From Eledone cirrhosa (Eukaryota): 64,000 bases of DNA. A program made the position numbers and the translations under genes. This document shows, piece by piece, positions 53,906 to 64,000 of this stretch. The stretch lies in assembly GCA_964016885.1 (NCBI GenBank), contig CAXHJY010000044.1, forward strand, positions 2,918 to 66,917, in the 5' to 3' direction. Numbering within the stretch: the first letter of the stretch is position 1; every line of letters begins with the position of its first letter. Under the pieces are notes generated by a model. The model made no database searches. It was not told the origin of the DNA and saw only the letters and a program-made list of their open reading frames with translations.

Positions 53906-54154
53906 TATACATATATATATACATATACATATATATATATACATATACATATATACATATACATATATATATACATATATATACATATATATACATATAT
54001 ATATATACATATATATATATATACATATATATACATATATATACATATATATATATACATATATATATATACATATATATATATACATATATATATATAC
54101 ATATATATATATACATATATATACATACATATATATATACATATATATATATAC

Positions 54155-54187
<33 letters not shown>

Positions 54188-54200
54188 CATATATATATAC

Positions 54201-54287
<87 letters not shown>

Positions 54288-54428
54288 CATATATATATAC
54301 ATATATATAAATATACATATATATATACATATATATAAATATACATATATATATACATATATATATATATACATATATATATACATATATATAAATATAC
54401 ATATATATATACATATATATAAATATAC

Positions 54429-54459
<31 letters not shown>

Positions 54460-54460
54460 C

Positions 54461-54491
<31 letters not shown>

Positions 54492-54686
54492 CATATATAT
54501 ATACATATATATACATATATATATACATATATATATACATATATATATACATATATATATACATATATATATATACATATATATATACATATATATATAT
54601 ACATATATACATATATATATATATACATATACATATATATATATACATATATATATATACATATATATATATATACATATATATAC

Positions 54687-54719
<33 letters not shown>

Positions 54720-54756
54720 CATATATATACATATATATATATATACATATATATAC

Positions 54757-54832
<76 letters not shown>

Positions 54833-54884
54833 ATATATACATATACATATATATACATATATATATACATATATATACATATAC

Positions 54885-54915
<31 letters not shown>

Positions 54916-54924
54916 CATTTACAT

Positions 54925-54958
<34 letters not shown>

Positions 54959-55290
54959 ATACATATACATATATATACATATATATATATACATATACAT
55001 ATATATACATATATATATATATACATATACATATATATACATATATATATATATACATATACATATATATACATATATATATATACATATACATATATAT
55101 ACATATATATATATATACATATACATATATATACATATACATACATATACATATATATATATACATATACATATATATATATATACATATACATATATAT
55201 ATATACATATACATATATATATACATACATATACATATATATATATATATACATATATATACATATATATATATATATACATATATATAC

Positions 55291-55324
<34 letters not shown>

Positions 55325-55336
55325 ATATACATATAC

Positions 55337-55370
<34 letters not shown>

Positions 55371-55598
55371 ATACATATACATATATATACATATATATAT
55401 ATACATATACATATATATACATATATATATATATACATATACATATATATACATATATATATATATACATATATATACATATATATATATATACATATAC
55501 ATATATATACATATATATATATATACATATACATATATATACATATAAATACATATACATATATATACATATACATATATATATATATACATATACAC

Positions 55599-55630
<32 letters not shown>

Positions 55631-55691
55631 ATATACATATACATATATATATACATACATATACATATATATATATATACATATATATACA

Positions 55692-55759
<68 letters not shown>

Positions 55760-55763
55760 CATA

Positions 55764-55799
<36 letters not shown>

Positions 55800-55822
55800 C
55801 ATACATATATATATATACATAC

Positions 55823-55892
<70 letters not shown>

Positions 55893-55898
55893 ACATAC

Positions 55899-55968
<70 letters not shown>

Positions 55969-56099
55969 ACATACATATATATATTATACATATATATATA
56001 TGTATATATATATACATACATATATATATATACATACATATATATATATACATATATATATACATATATATATATACATACATATATATATATACATAC

Positions 56100-56132
<33 letters not shown>

Positions 56133-56149
56133 CATACATATATATATAC

Positions 56150-56194
<45 letters not shown>

Positions 56195-56205
56195 CATATA
56201 TATAC

Positions 56206-56237
<32 letters not shown>

Positions 56238-56295
56238 ATATATACATATATATACATATATATATATATACATATACATATATATATATATAAAC

Positions 56296-56364
<69 letters not shown>

Positions 56365-56582
56365 CATACATATATATATATACATACATATATACATATA
56401 CATATATATATACATATACATATATACATATATATATATATACATATACATATACATATATACATATATATATACATACATATATACATATACATATATA
56501 TATATACATACATATATACATATACATATATATATATATACATACATATATACATATACATATATATATAAACATACATATA

Positions 56583-56613
<31 letters not shown>

Positions 56614-56893
56614 ATACATATACACATATACATACATATATGTATATATGTATATGTATATATATATATATACATATACATATATACATATATATATGCA
56701 TATACATATATATATATACATATACATATATACATATATATACATATATACATATATATATACATATATATATATATACACACACACATATATATACATG
56801 CATATATACATATATATATATATACATATATATATATACACATATATATATATACGCATATATACACATATATATATACATATATATATATAC

Positions 56894-56952
<59 letters not shown>

Positions 56953-56970
56953 GATATATATCATATATAT
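53843..56970. repeat. About 3.1-kb (TA)n/(TACA)n compound microsatellite
   Basis: Direct reading; source of the 600-1065 aa ORF artefacts. Confidence 0.97.
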
Positions 56971-57058
56971 TATCTATCCGCTCCACAGAATGCTTTTCCT
57001 CTTTCTCCCTTTCTCTCTCTAATAATATATATATGTCCGTACACACACACACACACAC

Positions 57059-57098
<40 letters not shown>

Positions 57099-57961
57099 AG
57101 AGAGATAGAAAGAGAGAGAGAGAGAGCGAGAGAGAGGAAGAGTGGTTGGGGTGGAGAGGAGAAGCACTAGATAATAAATAAAAGACAAAAGCATGTCTGT
57201 CGAGAGGACAGATGAAAGTTAAATAGTAACACAATAGAATATAAACCGAGAATTAAAAAGGAGCCACAACTATATGAGATGAAACAAAATGAGAAGAAAA
57301 TATTAAAACGTAATTGTATCGAGTGATGTATGAAAAGAATTCTCATTTAATCGAACAATTTCTTTTACTTGGAGAATGAAAACAAAAACACCTAGCGCTA
57401 ATCATAAGCGAAACTCACAGAGAAGAGGAGATAATTAAAAAAAAAAAAATTAATTGACAAGTTTAGGTCAAATTACGATTTCATCTCCAAAGGCGAAGAG
57501 CAGCTAATGGGAAATAACTCAAGTGAACTAGTAACATAAGTTAGATAATTTAAGGGTAATGCACTGATCACGTACGCCAAAAATTCTCATTAAATTGAAG
57601 TTTCCCTATCAGCACGTGAATTAATTTTGTGAAATTAATTTTTAATTCCCAGAAACCATCAAAGAAATCAATTTTAGCTTTGTTTCTGAAACCAAGAAGA
57701 CATTTTTAATTAATTGAGAAATTTTGCAAACGTAAGTCAGTACATCGTTCCTTTACATTATTTATCGAAATTCATGCTTTTGGCAAACCTGAGTAATGTA
57801 CACTTAGTTCGTTAATTTTTTTAATTAGAAAATATTACGCAAAAATATACACATAGAGAAACGAATGTGTAAATATAGTTATACATAATCACACACAACG
57901 AAGATATGTATGTATATATATGTATATACGCACATACAAGCATCTCACTCTCTGTATGTGT

Positions 57962-58003
<42 letters not shown>

Positions 58004-58086
58004 AATTTACGTATCGAGAGAATTTATGACGAACTTAACCCCCAAAACACTTTCCGCGCAATGTAAGGAACACTTTTGGTTATTTA

Positions 58087-58126
58087 TGCCCTTGACAAGC
58101 CCAACTGGGCGAAACGTACGTAGGTG
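58087..58126 (+). ncRNA. Variant-core hammerhead candidate (CUUGACAA)
   Basis: UGCC-CUUGACAA-GCCC AACU GGGC-GAAAC GUAC GUA-GGUG. Confidence 0.55.
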
Positions 58127-58181
58127 GTGTTTTAAATAAACATGTTTTAACGGTCTGTTCTCCGATTTCTTACATTTCCAC

Positions 58182-58227
<46 letters not shown>

Positions 58228-58465
58228 TAAGGAAAAATTATGGACGTTGGAAAACGTTCTTTACGGATCACATTATATAAGGAAAATGATAAAAAATGGT
58301 TTCAAAAGCGCACCTGGTATATCTATAAAGGATCTTTATAATATGCACAAAAAGAGCTGTTAGCAAAGCCTGCTTTCTCCGTTTTGGATTATCAAAACAT
58401 TTGTTATTAGGTTAAATTGTTTTTTCGTTAAGACTCCTGCATGGTGATTCTCGTCCCCACCCCGC

Positions 58466-58580
<115 letters not shown>

Positions 58581-58631
58581 ATATTATATTATATATATAT
58601 ATATATATTATATTATATATATATATATTAT

Positions 58632-58848
58632 AGTAATAATAATAAATTTGAAGACTAAAATCCAAAGAGGGCTCGATAAGGATAAATATATATCAAATAT
58701 ATAAGAACCGTAGAGCAAATATTAATTAAAATAACAGATTAAAGTTTAACCAAAGAATCGCGTCTTTCACCCTTAACGGGATCTTCTGAAGATCCCGTTA
58801 AGGGTGAAAGCAGAGATTCTTTGCTTAAACTTCAATCTGTTATTTTAA

Positions 58849-58854
<6 letters not shown>
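58632..58854. mobile_element. Tail plus fold-back with its apex in the HHR core
   Basis: Palindrome about 58718-58854 centred on GATCTTCTGAAGATC. Confidence 0.75.
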
Positions 58855-59636
<782 letters not shown>

Positions 59637-59683
59637 ATATATATTATATATATATATATATATATTTATATTAGATATATATA

Positions 59684-59732
<49 letters not shown>

Positions 59733-59746
59733 ATATATATTATATA

Positions 59747-59791
<45 letters not shown>

Positions 59792-59897
59792 ATATATATT
59801 ATATATATATATTATATATATATATTATATATATATATATTATATATATATATATATTATATATATATATATATATTATATATATATATATATATTA

Positions 59898-60353
59898 TAT
59901 ACGATATTAAACAAATGGAAACTATATTTATAAAACCATATTTATTTCATTATACATATTTCCGGGATACCATATTAAAAATACGGCATGCCTTCTTCAG
60001 ATAAAATACAATATATAAGCAGTTTTATAAATAAATTTGACGTACCATAGAATTTTGAACAACTTCCATTTAAAAAAGTTGGTTTGGTTTTTTAAATGGA
60101 AGTTGTTCAAAATTCTATGGTACGTCAAATTTATTTATAAAACTGCTTATATATTGTATTTTATCTGAAGAAGGCATGCCGTATTTTTAATATGGTATCC
60201 CGGAAATATGTATAATGAAATAAATATGGTTTTATAAATATAGTTTCCATTTGTTTAATATCGTATATCTACTCCAAAACTTGTTGAGTGCTTTATATCA
60301 GTTATAAAATATTTACTCGTTGTAACCCAACAATTTTAAATAAAACTTTTGCA
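59898..60353 (+). mobile_element. Fold-back (59898-60267) plus tail
   Basis: About 175-nt essentially perfect arms; same termini as 14098-14330. Confidence 0.8.
60157..60222 (+). ncRNA. Type-I hammerhead ribozyme (mirror copy at 59943-60008, -)
   Basis: UAUUUUAU-CUGAAGA-AGGCAUGCCGUAUU UUU AAUAUGGUAUCCCG-GAAA UAUGU AUA-AUGAAAUA. Confidence 0.8.
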
Positions 60354-60425
<72 letters not shown>

Positions 60426-60480
60426 ATTTAAAACTGCACTATCCACAAGTGTTTTTTAGCCTTCATATCATGTTCTCCTG

Positions 60481-60547
60481 TTTTATCTGATGAAAACACA
60501 AATATTATTGCATGATGATGTTTGTTTTTGAAATGCGCATAATAAAA
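60481..60547 (+). ncRNA. Type-I hammerhead ribozyme in pLTR 60422-60672
   Basis: UUUUAU-CUGAUGA-AAACACAAAUAUUAUU GCAU GAUGAUGUUUGUUUUU-GAAA UGCGC AUA-AUAAAA. Confidence 0.8.
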
Positions 60548-60671
60548 TATATGGAACTCCTTTAACCATCTTTTGATCTTATATTATGCATACTCCAGTC
60601 CTACAAACTGTAGAGTGCTTCTTATCCGATATCTGCATTGCTTTATTGTACTACAATAAAACTCACCTCCT

Positions 60672-60752
<81 letters not shown>

Positions 60753-60771
60753 TATATATATAAATATAAAT

Positions 60772-60802
<31 letters not shown>

Positions 60803-61075
60803 AATATATATATATAAATATATATATATAAATATATATATATAATATATATATATAAATATATATATACTTTAAGTTTAATTATATCTCATAAAATAAT
60901 ACAACTGGTTTTTCCACATTATACATATTGTTAGCACCCCAAACACTTAAATTGGGTTTATATTTTAATATAACCTAATGTTTGTTGAGTGAAATGGTTA
61001 CCAGTCAGAGTTTAGCTTTAAACTATCTCGGTTATTGTATTAAATATATATAATATATATATATATATATAATAT

Positions 61076-61114
<39 letters not shown>

Positions 61115-61121
61115 CACTATA

Positions 61122-61215
<94 letters not shown>

Positions 61216-61221
61216 TATATG

Positions 61222-61256
<35 letters not shown>

Positions 61257-61265
61257 CACACTATA

Positions 61266-61314
<49 letters not shown>

Positions 61315-61319
61315 ATATG

Positions 61320-61350
<31 letters not shown>

Positions 61351-61457
61351 CACTATATATTTATATATATATATATATATATAATATATATATATATATA
61401 TACACTATATATTTATATATATATATATATATAATATATATATATACACTATATATT

Positions 61458-61490
<33 letters not shown>

Positions 61491-61536
61491 TATATATACA
61501 CTATATATTTATATATATATATATATATATATAAAG

Positions 61537-61577
<41 letters not shown>

Positions 61578-61767
61578 TACACATGTTTTGCAACGGGTCA
61601 CTTTGTGGCTCAATGAAAAGTTAATAAATTAAATAATCAGAGCTATATATCATAAAACATGTCTATAGAATCACCAGATAAAATATGTACCATTTCCTCT
61701 CCCAATTAGCATAATTAACCATATAAAAAGTCGAATAGATCAAGCTATAAGAATAAGACTTCTATGA

Positions 61768-62200
61768 AGAAATCTCCAAGAAATAACCGAAACCAGCCCT
61801 TCGCGCCGGCTGCGACGGAATGTTTATCGAATATTTCGACAGCGTAATCACCCAGATATACAGTCAATTAAACAGAATTAGGTGTCAAATAAACTAGGAG
61901 AAAAAGAATACATTCAAAAATGTATTCTTGGCGCGATCACTTTGGAAAATTTATTGTCTAAATTTGAGCTAACTTCCTGAGGAGTCCGGTGCTCAAGGTT
62001 CCGAAGCCATCGGATATCTTAAAATGCGGACGAAACCATGGTCGAGGTATTTAAATGTGTTCACTTTTCTCCTAGTTTATTTTACACCTAATTCTGTTTA
62101 ATTGACTGTATATCTGGGCGATTACGCTGTCGAAATATTCGATAAATATTCCGTCGTAGCCGGCGCGAAGGGCTGGTTTCGGTTATTTGTTGGAGATTTC
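61768..62200 (+). mobile_element. Fold-back element with an HHR between the arms
   Basis: Arms about 61768-61914/62055-62200. Confidence 0.75.
61972..62048 (+). ncRNA. Canonical type-I hammerhead ribozyme
   Basis: ACUUC-CUGAGGA-GUCCG...CGGAC-GAAAC CAUG GUC-GAGGU; all core positions canonical, GUC triplet. Confidence 0.85.
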
Positions 62201-62262
62201 TTAATAACAATTTGGATACGAACCCCACAAGAAATCTCTATGTGGTAGCATACTATGCTAGA

Positions 62263-62360
62263 AATAATTGTTTCTACTTTAGGCACAAGGTCAGCAATTA
62301 ACCAGTACATTAATGGTACTTTATTTTATCGACGCCGTAAGGATGAAAGGCAAAGTTATC
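62263..62360 (-). mobile_element. SINE 3' fragment
   Basis: Match to the Nin/Deu-like family. Confidence 0.75.
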
Positions 62361-62927
62361 TCTCTGGGAATGTGTGCTACAGTGAATGAAGTAGCCCATA
62401 TGGGTTTGTTCTATCAGAGTCATGTTAGGGCTAAACAACAATGAAAACAGCAACAACGACAGCAACGACATGAGCAACAAAAGCAAATAAGTAGAGATAT
62501 CTAACAACATATGTAGAAAGACATATTTTAAAGGAGGTCATACAGTTGATTTATGTGGCGCTCAAAACATGACTGTTACTTTCATCACGAACTCCGGAAA
62601 GAAAGAAAGGAAAGTCAACCTAAGCAGATTTAAGTGAGAAGTCTCTCTTGCCTTCATGACAAAAAAACTAAACCAACTTCGTGAAAATTTCTTCATCGGT
62701 GTTCTACAAAAGTCATACGCGGTATAAAATACAATTTTTACACTTTACTTTCGCTTCAAATACATTTTTGAAGCAAACATAATAAAAAAAACAACCCTAA
62801 AAACTCACTAAACAAAAACAAACAAACAAATATCACCCATAAAAGGAACATAAAAACATCACCGTAAACCCCATAAATAATATTATCGAATATCGTAACA
62901 GAAGAAAATTTATTTTTTGTTGGAAAC

Positions 62928-62929
62928 TA

Positions 62930-62991
<62 letters not shown>

Positions 62992-62999
62992 AAATATAC

Positions 63000-63030
<31 letters not shown>
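62928..63030. repeat. (TATC)n microsatellite
   Basis: Direct reading. Confidence 0.95.
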
Positions 63031-63031
<1 letters not shown>

Positions 63032-63034
63032 TTA

Positions 63035-64000
63035 TCGGAATCCTAGATGCACGTTGGGACTATGTGAGAGCATGTCCCGATAAAGGGGGATGTAACAGCC
63101 TCAAACAGTTAATCGGCCGATTTAACCTGGCCGATAGATATCGACTAGATTTTCCGACAGTGCCACTGTGGACGTGGACTAATGTTAGCGGAACATCTAG
63201 ATCGTACCTAGATAGGGTTCTAGTTAGAAATAAGGATAGGGACGTGTTAAGCTGTCCACAAATGTTCATGGTTGCCTATTCAGATCACAAACTAGTGACC
63301 TGCATGGTCAACCTTGATAGAACCCATAGACAAGGACCCGGCTACTGGAAGCTGAACTTGTCGTTACCGACATGCAAAGCCTACAGTAGACGGATTAGCA
63401 CTTTAGTTAAACAGCACTTGACAGGGGTCATTGTCAACAACAGATGGTGGTACTCTCTCAAGAGGGCAGTTAGATTAGACTCGTTAGTTATTTGTAAAGA
63501 ATTAGCGTTAGATAGAAATAGAACCGAGAAAGAACTGGTAGATAAAGTAGAAGAGGCAATTAGAAGTGGCAACGTAGCCAGCGTGCTAGCAACGAGAACG
63601 GCCTTGGACCAGTTCTTCGACGCAAAGCATGAGGGCTGCGTTGTCAGAAGAAAAATACGTGCTCTGGGAAACGAGGGAGCCAAAGCTGTTAGCTGGGCCC
63701 GAGTGACGGAGGCGAAAAGTGGCAACAAGTCCACGATTCGGTTTTTGAAGGACCAAAACGGACGCGTGATACGTGAGCCGAAGCAGATGTGTGGCGGCCT
63801 TTCAGCGGCACTTTGCTCAACTGTTCGGGCAGGGCGGCGCGCTGAGAGGGGTTATGGATTTCGGTCCATATCTCGACGGCCTACCGCGACTCTCGGACAA
63901 CGAGGCAAAGTTCTGCGAAAAGCCGATTTCAGCCGCTGAAATAGGGGACGCGCTGAGCCAATGCGGCAAACGCAAATCTCCAGGTCTCGACGGTCTACCC
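63035..64000 (+). mobile_element. L1/Tx1-clade LINE ORF2 fragment (end of APE endonuclease, tether, start of RT), running off the window
   Basis: WTWTN...SRSYLDRVLV, YSDHKLV, GPGYWKLNLSL, then a frameshift to KSPGLDGLP. Confidence 0.85.

Noticed and set aside
53728-57058. ORFs of 340-1065 aa, and all similar YI/HT/CV/ER/SL ORFs
   Set aside because: They are stop-free translations of dinucleotide microsatellites.

Overview
AT-rich, microsatellite-dense eukaryotic DNA with no recognisable host protein-coding exon. The SINE families and extreme (TA)n/(CA)n content suggest a cephalopod (Octopus-like) intron or intergenic region; this is inference. Almost all long ORFs in the track are microsatellite artefacts. 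The real content is a set of decayed mobile elements: a near-full-length RTE LINE (49875-53560, -), a Naiad-type Penelope-like element (PLE; about 39700-42450, -), other PLE RT fragments, an L1/Tx1 ORF2 at the right edge, a Merlin/IS1595-type transposase pseudogene, a solo LTR with a 4-bp TSD, tRNA-derived SINEs and bipartite non-autonomous RTE derivatives. The main hidden signal is that the short 'unique' islands between (TA)n tracts are mostly PLE-type terminal repeats from about 10 or more unrelated families. They carry about 20 minimal type-I hammerhead ribozyme (HHR) motifs read by eye (intact, degenerate or truncated). Many islands have a fold-back-plus-tail architecture, share a short YGAGTRC-like motif about 45-70 nt from the TA junction, and some are fused head-to-head across families. 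Coordinates were counted by hand and element boundaries are approximate.
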